Below are positions 8,217 through 18,667 of a stretch of 64,000 bases of DNA, in pieces. The stretch comes from an uncultured Alphaproteobacteria bacterium. GTDB lineage: Bacteria; Pseudomonadota; Alphaproteobacteria; RF32; CAG-239. Under the pieces are notes generated by a model. It made no database searches and was not told where the DNA came from. It saw nothing but the letters and a program-made list of their open reading frames with translations. Location: the NCBI GenBank assembly GCA_944393695.1, contig CALYAY010000005.1:33717-97716 (forward strand), written 5' to 3'. The position numbers and the translations under genes are program-made. The number at the start of each line of letters is the position of its first letter. The first letter of the stretch is position 1.

Positions 8217-9574
8217 TTATGCATTTGATTTCCGCGGCATATCTGATTTCTGCCGCTTTGTTTATCCTTGCCATCCGGGGATTAGCCAGTCCGGAAACCG
8301 CCCGGCGGGGTAATGTTTTGGGAATTGCCGGAATGTTTCTGGCGATCGGGGCAACTCTGTTTTTGCCGCAGATACATAATTATGCACTTTTGCTTGCGTT
8401 TTTGGCTGCCGGCGCGGCAGCGGGCCTGATACCGGCATTTAAAGTCAGGATGACTGCCCTGCCCCAGATGATTGCCGCGTTTAACGGACTGGGCGGATTG
8501 GCGGCCGTTTTGATTTCCCTGGCGGATATTATCGCCGGTTCGGAAATGCGAATCGAAAATACTCTCAGTGTCATTATCGGGGCAGTGGCTTTTTCCGGTT
8601 CGGTTATCGCCTTTGCCAAACTGCAGCGTCTGCTTCCGGCCAAACCATTGGTATTTCCGGGACAACGGCTGCTTAATCTGGCATTGTTTCTGGCAGTGGC
8701 AGGATTGGGAATAAAATTTGTTGTCAGTCAGGAGGTGAACGCTTTTTATCTGTTAACCGGCGGCGCAATTGTTTTGGGATTTTTGCTGGTGCTGCCTATC
8801 GGCGGGGCCGATATGCCGGTGGTTATTGCGGTATTAAATGCCTATTCCGGCTGGGCAGCAGCGGGAATCGGATTTTCACTCAACAATGTTCTGCTGATTA
8901 TCGTGGGAACCATCGTGGGAGCCAGCGGCATGATTCTCTCTTATATTATGACCAAGGCTATGAACCGTTCGCTGAGCAGCGTTATGCTGGGCGGCTTCGG
9001 CCTTAATAAGGAGAAAGATGTATCCGCCAACGGGGAAGAAAGAACCGTCCGAACGGGAAATCCGGAAGATGCGGCTTTTATCATGAAAAATGCCAATAAG
9101 GTTATTATCGTTCCCGGTTACGGTATGGCGGCGGCTCAGGCCCAGCATATTTTGCGGACAATGGGTAATGATTTGCAGCAAAAATACGGTGTGGACGTGA
9201 AATATGCCATTCATCCGGTGGCCGGGCGCATGCCGGGGCATATGAACGTGTTGCTGGCCGAAGCCAATGTTCCTTATGAAGAAGTGTTTGAGTTGGAAGA
9301 TATTAACCGTGAATTTGAAACCGCCGATGTGGCTTATGTTATCGGAGCTAATGATGTGACCAATCCCCTGGCCAAAAGCGATACTACCTCCCCTATTTAC
9401 GGTATGCCGGTGTTGGAAGCGGGAAAGGCCAAAACCGTGTTTTTTGTAAAACGCTCACTGGGAACCGGTTATTCCGGCGTGGAGAATCCGCTGTTTTTTG
9501 CCGATAACGTGTTTATGCTGTACGGTGATGCCAAGAAAGTGACGGAAGAGATTGTTTCTGTTCTGGAAAGATGA
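8213..9574 (+). CDS. pntB: NAD(P) transhydrogenase subunit beta
   Basis: N-terminal TM helices. C-terminal NADP-binding domain with VIIVPGYGMAAAQAQH...GANDVTNP. Confidence 0.9.
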   Translation: MIMHLISAAYLISAALFILAIRGLASPETARRGNVLGIAGMFLAIGATLFLPQIHNYALLLAFLAAGAAAGLIPAFKVRMTALPQMIAAFNGLGGLAAVLISLADIIAGSEMRIENTLSVIIGAVAFSGSVIAFAKLQRLLPAKPLVFPGQRLLNLALFLAVAGLGIKFVVSQEVNAFYLLTGGAIVLGFLLVLPIGGADMPVVIAVLNAYSGWAAAGIGFSLNNVLLIIVGTIVGASGMILSYIMTKAMNRSLSSVMLGGFGLNKEKDVSANGEERTVRTGNPEDAAFIMKNANKVIIVPGYGMAAAQAQHILRTMGNDLQQKYGVDVKYAIHPVAGRMPGHMNVLLAEANVPYEEVFELEDINREFETADVAYVIGANDVTNPLAKSDTTSPIYGMPVLEAGKAKTVFFVKRSLGTGYSGVENPLFFADNVFMLYGDAKKVTEEIVSVLER

Positions 9575-9576
9575 AA

Positions 9577-9601
9577 GGGAAGCGTGAAGCTTCCCTTTTT
9601 T
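9577..9601 (+). terminator. Rho-independent terminator after pntB
   Basis: Hairpin gggaagc-gtgaa-gcttccc followed by a T-run. Confidence 0.7.
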
Positions 9602-9845
9602 AGTGGTAGTCCCGAACAGAGTTGAACTGTTTACTCAGCTACGTCAAAGCTACGTGATAACCGTTTCACTACGGGACTAGCGAAAACTTTTATTTATGTA
9701 GCGTATATTTTGGTTAAATGCAAGTCTTTTTTTCATATCCGGATAAATTTAGAGAATAATTTCCGTCTCTCCTTGTTTTTATTTATTGATATTTTATTTA
9801 TTTTTGTATAATATAGAAGAAAACAACCATGAAGGAGGATGAATA

Positions 9846-10619
9846 ATGTCTGATTTTTTTGAACTTGCTTCTAAAGCCAAACGAATTGAATATGCTCCCT
9901 GTTCTAATGATCCACATAACACCGGCGGGAAAAATTCCCGGCAGGCATTAGGTTTTGACGAAAAAGGAAACTGTATTTTTAAGGCTTATTATGATGATGA
10001 CGGTAATTTTAGATTGGAAACCATTAAAGATAAAAACGGGATGAAAGAAAAACGGGACTTTGGCAGTGACGATTTGGAAAATGCTTCCACTTTTTGTCTA
10101 TCAGACAAGCAAATCAAGGAGTTGAAAGAGGCTCAAAATTTTGTTTCCGGACTAAAACAGAAAGAACCGAAATCATCACAACTCCCCCAAAGGAATCCTG
10201 CCGAAATGCTGAAAAACGGCATGAACGTTAAACTTTCAGAAAAATCCCGGCTGCCTTTTGCGCCGGATATAGAAGAACTGACAATCAGCAAAGGCGAAGA
10301 CGGTGTTTTGCGGATGAGAGGCATCAGCAAAGACGGAAAACAAAGCATTGACTTCAGTTACAGGGACGGAATTGCCCAATTTGAACTGACCGACGGCAAA
10401 ACAAAACGCAGTTATAATAACAAAATGGGCGGGAAATGGACATACCGCGACCTGACCAGTTCAAACGGAACCCGGTATTTTGACAGCGATTGCGGAGAAC
10501 TGGTGGCTTCAACCATGGGAAAAACGTTTGATAAGGTTAAACAGAAATATCTAGCACCGCAAAAATCACAAAATATGAATAAGGCTCTGTTCAGTTCCCG
10601 AGGGAAGGGAAAAGAATAA
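9846..10619 (+). CDS. Hypothetical protein (257 aa, hydrophilic, no signal peptide)
   Basis: Strong RBS gaaggagg 8 nt upstream. Long ORF in an AT-rich accessory stretch. No recognisable domain. Confidence 0.6.
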   Translation: MSDFFELASKAKRIEYAPCSNDPHNTGGKNSRQALGFDEKGNCIFKAYYDDDGNFRLETIKDKNGMKEKRDFGSDDLENASTFCLSDKQIKELKEAQNFVSGLKQKEPKSSQLPQRNPAEMLKNGMNVKLSEKSRLPFAPDIEELTISKGEDGVLRMRGISKDGKQSIDFSYRDGIAQFELTDGKTKRSYNNKMGGKWTYRDLTSSNGTRYFDSDCGELVASTMGKTFDKVKQKYLAPQKSQNMNKALFSSRGKGKE

Positions 10620-10706
10620 CTTTCAAAAAAGAAGGGGCGGACGAGGGATTCCTGAAGAAAAAGGATTTTCCGCCCCGTTTCCGGAGAAAGTTATGGTTTT
10701 TAACGA

Positions 10707-10775
10707 TTATAAACTCTGGGCAACGCTTTGAACACAAAACAGCACAAAGTAAATAATGATATTAAGTTTAGTCAT
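10707..10775 (-). CDS. Candidate 22-aa hydrophobic small peptide (MTKLNIIIYFVLFCVQSVAQSL)
   Basis: ATG preceded by aaaggagc at 7-nt spacing. Very short; could be spurious. Confidence 0.2.
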   Translation of the reverse strand: MTKLNIIIYFVLFCVQSVAQSL

Positions 10776-10888
10776 GGCTCGGCTCCTTTTGTTCTTAATT
10801 TGTTCTAAAGTGATTTATACATATCCGAAGACAAAAGTCAAGAGCAAAAGTTCTAACTTTGTTCTTTTTTTTCACTTTAAAACAAAAA

Positions 10889-10929
10889 ATCCCCTATTTT
10901 CCGGTTATTAGGAAAACAAGGGATTTTTC
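10889..10929. terminator. Bidirectional hairpin downstream of lipoprotein gene
   Basis: aaaaatcccctattttcc...ggaaaacaagggattttt imperfect stem flanked by A and T runs. Confidence 0.4.
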
Positions 10930-10930
10930 T

Positions 10931-11425
10931 TCAGCGCATGCTGTAACTTTCGAGCCGGGCATTGCCCCGTTTGAGATAAACGTAAACATTGCCGGGAATG
11001 GTTACAATCTGGACATCAAAATATTCGGCGATTCCCCGTCGGGGATCCCTGGCCTTAATCGTAAAGGGCTCGTAGCTGGCGTGATATCCTTTGGGAATCC
11101 GCTTGAACAGGCGGTATTTTCCGCGGCGCAGCTTATAAATTTCGATATGCCGGCCTTTGTTTTTTATCCAGGTATCTTCCCATTCCAAATCAAGCACAAT
11201 GCTGTGGTTGTAATTGTAATGGATACGGGTTCCGTTTGCTGACCGCTGATAGGGCATTTGAGCCTTAATATAGCGGTATTGGCGTTCATAAGCGTCAGCA
11301 ACCTGCATTCCCAGCTCATAGTTACCAATCGCCCGATCAACATGCCCCATGGCCCGGTCAAACGAAGCGCAGGAGCTTAAACACAACATCAATCCGGCGA
11401 ACAAAAATAATAATATATGTTTCAT
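10931..11425 (-). CDS. Hypothetical lipoprotein
   Basis: Lipobox LCLSSC after hydrophobic signal MKHILLFLFAGLM. 164 aa. Confidence 0.55.
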   Translation of the reverse strand: MKHILLFLFAGLMLCLSSCASFDRAMGHVDRAIGNYELGMQVADAYERQYRYIKAQMPYQRSANGTRIHYNYNHSIVLDLEWEDTWIKNKGRHIEIYKLRRGKYRLFKRIPKGYHASYEPFTIKARDPRRGIAEYFDVQIVTIPGNVYVYLKRGNARLESYSMR

Positions 11426-11523
11426 AAATGGAATAATTTTGATTTAAACAGGATATTAGCACAAAATTAGACAAATTACAAATAAAAAAAGCAGGCGCCG
11501 CAGCACCCGCTTAATTTTTTTTA

Positions 11524-12003
11524 TCAATCCCACAAATAGGTCATGATAATATCTTCGTCCGAGAACACCTCCACAATGTGGTTATGCCAAGGCTCATCCT
11601 CGGTTACAACCACATGAAGCACCCGGGAATAACGAACTTCGCCGTGTTTGTTTTCATGAAAGTCCGTTAACATGGTGAACCGGCAGCCGGCAATAAAATA
11701 GCCGCCATCACAAGGAGCATCTTTCGCATAGGCAAAGTTTTGATCACCTTTGTGAAATGTTGCCAGAGGAACATAACGTTCTTTGCACAACCGGCTGATA
11801 ACAAGTACGCCTTTGTCTTTATCAAGATAAAGCCGGAAGTAACCATTATCAGCGGTGCAAATGACCTGCCCTTTGGAATCGGGAGAAGTAAGCACGCTGT
11901 TGCAGGAATAATCGTATTCCGGAAAATAAAACTGCTGAACAGACTGAGCCTCAACTCCGGACATTGCAAAGAGCATAAATCCACAAAAAAATATTTTTTT
12001 CAT
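11524..12003 (-). CDS. Hypothetical secreted protein
   Basis: Signal peptide MKKIFFCGFMLFAMSGVEAQS. 159 aa. Confidence 0.55.
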   Translation of the reverse strand: MKKIFFCGFMLFAMSGVEAQSVQQFYFPEYDYSCNSVLTSPDSKGQVICTADNGYFRLYLDKDKGVLVISRLCKERYVPLATFHKGDQNFAYAKDAPCDGGYFIAGCRFTMLTDFHENKHGEVRYSRVLHVVVTEDEPWHNHIVEVFSDEDIIMTYLWD

Positions 12004-12124
12004 ATGATAATAAATTAGTTAATAATAAAAAATCGGAGTTGTTTATAGCACCTATTTTTTATTTTGTCCAATATTTTTTTTGTACATTTCAGGAGTGTCA
12101 AAAAAATTTTCAGAATTTCCAATC

Positions 12125-12152
12125 TTGACAAAGTCTTTCTGACGGTTATTAT
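12125..12152 (+). promoter_or_regulatory. Sigma-70-like promoter (TTGACA-N16/17-TATTAT) for the 12336 operon, leaving a ~180-nt leader
   Basis: ttgaca at 12125..12130 and tattat at 12147..12152. Leader contains a perfect hairpin tggcac-tttta-gtgcca at 12239..12256. Confidence 0.4.
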
Positions 12153-12335
12153 GTGGGGTGTTATTCATCATTCCGATGAATTCAGATTGCAGGAAAGTTA
12201 ATGTCTAAAGCTAATGATATATTAGTTTCTGTTTTTTTCTGGTGGCACTTTTAGTGCCATATTTTTCCGTATCTGAATTTTATATATCCGTAAAGTAGTT
12301 TTTAGTTAATTTTTTTATTCTGATGGAGATGAATA

Positions 12336-13949
12336 ATGTCTTTTCAATATGCCATTGAAAATTGTGGTCGTGTCAAAATGGCCGGAGGAACTTTTGCCAC
12401 TTATTATGACCTGGCCGGCGCGTTAGCCGGAGAGGAAAATCCTCATGCCGGACAAATTATTGAGGCTAACAATAATTTTAAGAATATCCGTAAACAGCCT
12501 CCTTTTGACCTGCTGCTGGCCTTTTTTCCCGATGATTATGCCAACATCCAATACCGGCTGCGCGGCGCCGGTGCATACCGTCATCTGAGGATGGATCAGG
12601 GACCGGGCGGAAATTTTACCCGTTTTGATTTGGGCGAGGATAAAAGCTTTCACTACCGGCTGCGGGAAGATGAAGGTTTTGCCCTGCCGGAAGAGCTGAT
12701 ATCAACTCAGCTGCGGGGAGGACGATATCCCCGACTGGCGGCACTGGCAGAAAAAATCCAGCAGCGTTTTGAGAAAAACGATTATAAAACCACGGCTCTG
12801 TTGGTAAATAAATTTAAATATCTTGCCGCAGAAGAAGGTCTGATTATGCATCAGGGAGAACATGTCGGCAGTAAAAGCGGTTTCTTTTTTATCCGACCGA
12901 CAGAAGCCGAACAAAATGTGACTTTTCCAATAAGTGAAATTCCGCAGCTAAGGGCAAAAATCGACGAGGCTCTGAGCAAAAGTTTGTCCCGGGCGGCTTA
13001 TATGCGCGAGGGCCTAAAGCAAAATATGAGCTTTGAACAGGCCGCTGCCTTTGCCGAGAAAAAATATGCCCAGAACGGCCCCGTTGAATATCCGGAAAAC
13101 GGCGCCCTTTATTTTCAACCGGACTGTTTTGTCGACCGCAACGGCAATATTGAAGTTGAAAAAATAAACATGCCGGATGTCGGGATGTTTCTGACCTTGC
13201 TAAACCGGCCATCCAACCTTTATTTGCAACGGGTGGTTAATGCCAATCTGTATTTGAAAGACCGGTTAAAAAAGGTGATGGCCGATTTTTTGCAAAAAGA
13301 TGAGATTGTGCTGGTTACCCGGCCGGAAGTGATAAAGGAATCGTCAGATACTCTGGAAATTATGGAAATCAGAGCCCTGAAAAAAATGCTGGAGAGCATC
13401 GGGAAAAAAGCAATCGTCAAAACGCCGGAAGAATATGAAAGCATCAGCCCCAAACAGGAGGTTTTGCTGTTGAATGTTGACAGCGGAGACAAGTCTTTCG
13501 GGAAATTTGCAGAACATATTGTTAAGCGGGATATTTCCTGTTTCAGCGACCCGCTGGCGTATTATTTCAAAGACAAAGCTTCGACGCTCAAAACCATACA
13601 GATTCCCGGAAAACATATGGAGCATTTTATGCAGCTGATAAAACCCAAAGACATTACTCAGAAAAATGCCGAAAATATTTATAATCGGCTGCAATATATC
13701 ATGAAACGTTTTGATATGACCGATGATATTATTTACGCCAACATCAGCGGTTATAAAATGCCGGTTCCGGTTTTTAAATATTCGCTTCATAGTTTCGGGC
13801 AGATTTATAAGGCCTACGACAAAATCAAAAATCCGCATGCCTCGGTCCAGCTTTCGGCGGTTCCGCTCAATATGCAAAATGCCGCTTTTGAAAAAGACGG
13901 GAATCCCCGGCTGGCCGCTTTTCGTTTTATGTGTACAAAGGAAAGGTAA
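12336..13949 (+). CDS. Hypothetical protein (537 aa), possibly an ATP-grasp-like enzyme
   Basis: Long ORF with RBS ggagatg. No confident domain assignment. 4-nt gap to the next ORF, so likely an operon. Confidence 0.6.
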   Translation: MSFQYAIENCGRVKMAGGTFATYYDLAGALAGEENPHAGQIIEANNNFKNIRKQPPFDLLLAFFPDDYANIQYRLRGAGAYRHLRMDQGPGGNFTRFDLGEDKSFHYRLREDEGFALPEELISTQLRGGRYPRLAALAEKIQQRFEKNDYKTTALLVNKFKYLAAEEGLIMHQGEHVGSKSGFFFIRPTEAEQNVTFPISEIPQLRAKIDEALSKSLSRAAYMREGLKQNMSFEQAAAFAEKKYAQNGPVEYPENGALYFQPDCFVDRNGNIEVEKINMPDVGMFLTLLNRPSNLYLQRVVNANLYLKDRLKKVMADFLQKDEIVLVTRPEVIKESSDTLEIMEIRALKKMLESIGKKAIVKTPEEYESISPKQEVLLLNVDSGDKSFGKFAEHIVKRDISCFSDPLAYYFKDKASTLKTIQIPGKHMEHFMQLIKPKDITQKNAENIYNRLQYIMKRFDMTDDIIYANISGYKMPVPVFKYSLHSFGQIYKAYDKIKNPHASVQLSAVPLNMQNAAFEKDGNPRLAAFRFMCTKER

Positions 13950-13953
13950 AAAT

Positions 13954-14367
13954 ATGCTGTATCAAATTGTAAATAATGACGAGGTTTTGATTAAGGTTAT
14001 CGGATTGGTTTCTTCCGCGCAAAAACAGTTAATCGTGGTTCAGGGGGAAGATGATCTCAGTCCGGTTCAGCCGGATGAAAATTATTTTGGAGCATTACGG
14101 GCTTTTTCAGAAAAAGGCGGACAGATTATCCGCTGCTATTTCGGCGACCGGGAAAATTTTTTGCAAGAGAAAAAAAACAACCCGGGAATCGAATATGTTT
14201 ATTGCGGAAAAATGGAAAACTATCAACGCGCCGTTATCAGTGACGGGCGATATGCCATGGCCAAAATCGGCGGTACATTTGTTTTCAGCACCAACCGGCT
14301 GTGGGTAAATATGCTCACAGCCTATCTGAAGGAATGTTCCCGAAAAAACTTTATGTTTTGCCGGTAA
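13954..14367 (+). CDS. Hypothetical protein (137 aa)
   Basis: ATG at 13954 with aaagg RBS, directly after the 12336 gene stop. Confidence 0.5.
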   Translation: MLYQIVNNDEVLIKVIGLVSSAQKQLIVVQGEDDLSPVQPDENYFGALRAFSEKGGQIIRCYFGDRENFLQEKKNNPGIEYVYCGKMENYQRAVISDGRYAMAKIGGTFVFSTNRLWVNMLTAYLKECSRKNFMFCR

Positions 14368-14381
14368 AAATAAATTCCGTA

Positions 14382-14852
14382 TCAGCTGATTTGTTTACAA
14401 ACATCAACCCAGCCGGCATTCCGGGTGTATTTGTCCAATTCTTCCGGTGTCAGTTCTATAGCGCTGTTGGAGCTTCCGCAAGCGGGAAAAACCGTTGAAA
14501 AGCGCTTTAAGGAAACATCCAGGCAGATTTTTACATTTTCCGGTACGGCAAACGGACAAACACCGCCAACCGCATGTCCGGTAAAGGCAAGGGCTTCTTT
14601 CGGGGTGAGCATTTTGGCTTTGGCATGAAACGTCTGCTTGTATTTGGCATTGTCAATTTTGCAATCACCAGCAGTTACCAAAAGCAAAGTTTCACCGTTG
14701 CAATTGAAAGAAAGCGTTTTGGCAATGCGAGCCGGTATACAGCCCAGGGCCTGAGCGGCCAGTTCAACCGTTGCACTGGATACGGGGAATTCCAGAATCC
14801 GTTCTTTTATACCGAAAGTCTGGAAATATGCGCGGACATTTTCTATTGACAT
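14382..14852 (-). CDS. ybaK: YbaK/ProX-type aminoacyl-tRNA editing (deacylase) domain protein
   Basis: 156 aa. HAVGGVCPFA and KIDNAKYKQ motifs of the YbaK/EbsC family. Confidence 0.7.
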   Translation of the reverse strand: MSIENVRAYFQTFGIKERILEFPVSSATVELAAQALGCIPARIAKTLSFNCNGETLLLVTAGDCKIDNAKYKQTFHAKAKMLTPKEALAFTGHAVGGVCPFAVPENVKICLDVSLKRFSTVFPACGSSNSAIELTPEELDKYTRNAGWVDVCKQIS

Positions 14853-14934
14853 CCTACCTAACCTTAATTGTTTTTTATTGTAATACCGTGACTTTGGTGT
14901 ACAAGCTGAAAAAATTTGTGTTAACAGAAAAATG

Positions 14935-14970
14935 AAAAAACACCCCGGCTAAAAGCACAGGGTGTTTTTT
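14935..14970 (-). terminator. Terminator downstream of autotransporter gene (bidirectional hairpin)
   Basis: aaaaaacaccc...gggtgtttttt stem with a 14-nt loop, flanked by A and T runs. Confidence 0.45.
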
Positions 14971-14982
14971 GCGGGACAAGGT

Positions 14983-17742
14983 TTAAAACTTGTACTTGGC
15001 GTTAATCAAACCGGTGTGGTCTTCATAGTTATCGCGGAATTTGCCTTCATAACCAAGCGAAAGTTCGACGTTATCGTTAACTTCCGCAGTTACACCCGCG
15101 CCAAACTCCATACCGAAACGGTCAAGGGCTTCGCCGTCAACCGCATAAGCTGAACCGTTAGCCAAAGTTACAACCGAGTTAACGTCGTCGTTAAACAAGT
15201 CGTAAGTTGCGGCAATACGGGCTTCCGGTTTAATCGACATACCATTGTCAAGCTCAAAGGTTTTGTTGACTTTTGCGCCGATAACGCCGGTTAAGATATC
15301 GCTGTCGTTGCCGGAGACTTTCTGGTCGGCAGAATCGGTATAAGCGTCCTGTTTAATATGAACATAACGCAATCCAACTTCCGGCGTAAAGCCAAAGCCT
15401 TTAACCTGCATGTCATAACCGGTCATGGCCTGTAAGCCCAAGGTTTCAACATCATAGTCAGCCTTAACGCCAACCCCGGCAACACTCTTGTCTTCGGAAT
15501 AATCAGACCAGCCGTAGGTGGCAATACCGTTGATATACCAGTTGTTCGGCTTGTATTCACCGTAAACAATCGCGGTATGGGTATCAACATCCGTACTTCT
15601 CATAAAGCCGTCAATATCGGTGTTAGTATAAGCATAACCGGCACCGACTTTGACCGTCCGGCCGATAATTTTTTCAATACCCATGGCAACACCGGCAGAA
15701 TCCGCATCAAAACCTTTGGCTTTGGATGTGTCATCCAGTTCGGAATGATTATACATACCCTGAACCCAGACAGCTGCGTCCGGATTAGTATCACCGGAAG
15801 ACATGCCCTGTGAACCGGTCGAAATTGACCCACCGGTTAAACGGGTTGATACGGCACTAAATACCTGGTTGGCGGTTTCGGTCTGGGTTTTCTGAACCAT
15901 CGGCGCAACTTCAGGAGCTACGGCAGTCAAGGCATCTACATAAGCTTTTTGTGAAGCACTGTCCGTACTGTTAGACAATTGTGCCAGTTTTTCAGCAACT
16001 GCCGCGGCAACCGGGCTGCTGTCGGAAGCGCTTACGCTGTCCCAGGCTTCGGCTGTTGAGGCATTTGAAGTTGTGCCTCCGGCATCCGCAACAATATCGG
16101 AAGCTGTCGTGCCGTTGGCCGTTACCGTATATGTGCCATCACCGTTATCGGCAAAATCATAACGGGAGTTTGAAGTTAAATTGGCGAATTTTCCTTCAAT
16201 TTCAACCGGAGTATCTTCGTCATTAAACAATTTAAGCGTCAGAGGATCATCCCCCGCAGATAAAGCAGCGCTGTTTAAGCTCATATCAAGTGTGGTGCCG
16301 TTTTCGCTGATATTGACATAATTGGCATAGATTTTGCCGTAGGTGTCTTTGTCTGTAACGGTAAATTTCAAAGTCGAATTGTCTTTGAAATGAACACCTT
16401 CGCCAGCAACTTCCTTTTCACCGCCAGAGTGCAATTCATTTGCACCGATGTCAAGCGTAGCTCCTTCACCAACCACAACGCTGGAGGCACCACCGTCAAG
16501 TTCCTTATCATAGGCCAGCGTTCCTTTTTGAATTTCAAAAATATCTAAGCCGCCAATGGTACCGGTTACGGCTTCACTTAAAACGTGGCTGTCTTCAAAT
16601 ATCAGGCTGGCACCTTCAACATTACCGTCGATTTTGGCGTTTGAGTTCTGAAGATGAATTTTGCCGCGGTCATCACCATCAATATTGGCGCTTAAGGTGC
16701 CACCAATGTTAAACTTTGTATCATTATCAGCAACTCTGAGTGTGGCTTTCTGCGCCTGGTCCATATCTTCGGCTGAAACTTTGGCATATAAGGTTGAACC
16801 GGAAGCAATATTAATCTCTGCGCCGTTGAATATATTTATATTCCCGGCAGAAGATATTTCCGCCGAAGAGCCGCTGACATTTATCTTCCCGCCGCTTATA
16901 TTTATGTCGCCCTCATTTTTATAAGTGGTAGAGATTCGAGCTCCGTCTTTCAGGTTAATCTCTCCTCCGCTGATATTAATACTTCCGTTTGAGGCATGAT
17001 ATGGCGATAAATCCAATTCATCTGGATTTAATCCGGCGCTGATAAAATCTTCACGTGAAGCTTCATCTGGATATTTACCAGCTTTCTGATGAAATTCTTC
17101 TTCACTCATAACACTGGTACCGTCTTTTTTGTATAACCAGGAGCTATCATAACCACCGCGTTCAACTTTAGCCATTTCTCCGGTTAAATTAATGGTTCCG
17201 CCGGAAATGTTTATATCGCCGTTTTGACCTTCATGCAAAATACCGCCGTTGTGTATATCTTTTCCACTCTGCCAGATAGCATTTTCCGGTGCTTCTTCAT
17301 TCTCAGGTTTTATACCGCTATAATCCATTGTAATATTAGCATTTCCGCCAATGTTCATATCGGCGTTACCGGTTAATGTAATTTCGCCGCCGTCTTTAAC
17401 TGTAATATCGCCGCCTGTAATATTCATTTCTGCGGCTAATGTATTATATTGTTCATCTTTTCCACTCGCATCAATACTGGCACCGTTTGACAAGGTTATG
17501 AAACCCCCGGTTATAGAAATTTCTTTTTGGTTTGTCCCGTCCGATATTTGCTTAATATCGCCGTCTGCAACAACATTACCGCCAGAAATTGATATATTTC
17601 CTGTCGTCTGGTAATCTTTTTGGTTTTCCATAGTTATTTGCGTGTCCTGATTAATGTTTATATCATCAGAAACTTGTGCATAGGCATTATGGCTGCAAGT
17701 CAGCGCCACCAATGCCGTTGTAATTAAAAGTTTATTTTTCAT
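14983..17742 (-). CDS. Autotransporter adhesin (pertactin-like beta-helix passenger plus C-terminal beta-barrel translocator)
   Basis: Signal peptide MKNKLLITTALVALTCSHNAYAQ (ATG at 17742 with RBS agaggaag). Repeated GG.INISGG.I motifs. C-terminal ~270 aa has alternating beta-strand pattern ending ...INAKYKF. Confidence 0.8.
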   Translation of the reverse strand: MKNKLLITTALVALTCSHNAYAQVSDDININQDTQITMENQKDYQTTGNISISGGNVVADGDIKQISDGTNQKEISITGGFITLSNGASIDASGKDEQYNTLAAEMNITGGDITVKDGGEITLTGNADMNIGGNANITMDYSGIKPENEEAPENAIWQSGKDIHNGGILHEGQNGDINISGGTINLTGEMAKVERGGYDSSWLYKKDGTSVMSEEEFHQKAGKYPDEASREDFISAGLNPDELDLSPYHASNGSINISGGEINLKDGARISTTYKNEGDINISGGKINVSGSSAEISSAGNINIFNGAEINIASGSTLYAKVSAEDMDQAQKATLRVADNDTKFNIGGTLSANIDGDDRGKIHLQNSNAKIDGNVEGASLIFEDSHVLSEAVTGTIGGLDIFEIQKGTLAYDKELDGGASSVVVGEGATLDIGANELHSGGEKEVAGEGVHFKDNSTLKFTVTDKDTYGKIYANYVNISENGTTLDMSLNSAALSAGDDPLTLKLFNDEDTPVEIEGKFANLTSNSRYDFADNGDGTYTVTANGTTASDIVADAGGTTSNASTAEAWDSVSASDSSPVAAAVAEKLAQLSNSTDSASQKAYVDALTAVAPEVAPMVQKTQTETANQVFSAVSTRLTGGSISTGSQGMSSGDTNPDAAVWVQGMYNHSELDDTSKAKGFDADSAGVAMGIEKIIGRTVKVGAGYAYTNTDIDGFMRSTDVDTHTAIVYGEYKPNNWYINGIATYGWSDYSEDKSVAGVGVKADYDVETLGLQAMTGYDMQVKGFGFTPEVGLRYVHIKQDAYTDSADQKVSGNDSDILTGVIGAKVNKTFELDNGMSIKPEARIAATYDLFNDDVNSVVTLANGSAYAVDGEALDRFGMEFGAGVTAEVNDNVELSLGYEGKFRDNYEDHTGLINAKYKF

Positions 17743-18129
17743 ATGATTAAACTTCCTCTTCTTTAATTGCAATTAAAACAAAACCACCTGGTAAGAGGTG
17801 GTCGGAGAGTTCATCAATCATATTGTCTTAAATGATTCTCTTAGCCTTTAAAGTCAAAAAAACTTCTGAACATACGCCAAAAGCTCCCCGACCATAGAAA
17901 CTATGAATCGGGGATATATTTATTGCCTGCCATGATGAGTGGCTGACAATATTACGATGTTATATCCTAACACCGAAGACAATAAGAGCCGATGAAAGCT
18001 CCGCACCATAAAAGTGCTAAATACTGAGTATCCTCAATATCTGTTTTGAGAGTATTAGCTGTTGGTTCGCAAGTCAAGATAAAAATAAAATTTATAATAT
18101 TTCTAACCGGCGGATATTTATCCAAGATA

Positions 18130-18165
18130 AAAAAATGGGTTGCAATTTCTTGCAACCCATTGAAA
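18130..18165 (-). terminator. Rho-independent terminator downstream of rpsI
   Basis: Perfect hairpin gggttgcaa-tttc-ttgcaaccc flanked by A/T runs. Confidence 0.7.
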
Positions 18166-18190
18166 ATATTTGATATTTTCCTGACACCAA

Positions 18191-18667
18191 TTAACGTTTG
18201 GAGAACTGGTAAGAACGGCGGGCTTTGGCTTTACCATATTTCTTACGTTCAACAACACGGTCATCACGAGTCAGGAATCCGGCTTTTTTCAGAACAGATC
18301 TGAGTTCCGGTTCATATTCGTTCAGAGCAATGGAAATACCGTGTTTGATGGCACCGGCCTGACCGGATAATCCACCGCCCTTAACCGTGCAGACAACATC
18401 GAATTCGTTTACACGATTGGTGATTTCGAACGGCTGAGCGATAATCATCTTCAAAACCGGACGGGCAAAATATTCATCAATCGATTTGTCGTTAATGGTG
18501 ATATTGCCTTTGCCGGGTTTGATCCATACGCGGGCAACGGCGTCTTTTCTCTTACCGGTAGCATAGGAACGTCCCTGTTTGTCTTTTACAGACTTGCGGA
18601 CTTTTACTTCTGCAGGAGCAGACACTGCGGACTTAATATCCTGTAAAGATTCAATTTTTTCAGCCAT
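18191..18667 (-). CDS. rpsI: 30S ribosomal protein S9
   Basis: Full-length match including C-terminal [17 protein letters not shown]. Confidence 0.95.
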   Translation of the reverse strand: MAEKIESLQDIKSAVSAPAEVKVRKSVKDKQGRSYATGKRKDAVARVWIKPGKGNITINDKSIDEYFARPVLKMIIAQPFEITNRVNEFDVVCTVKGGGLSGQAGAIKHGISIALNEYEPELRSVLKKAGFLTRDDRVVERKKYGKAKARRSYQFSKR

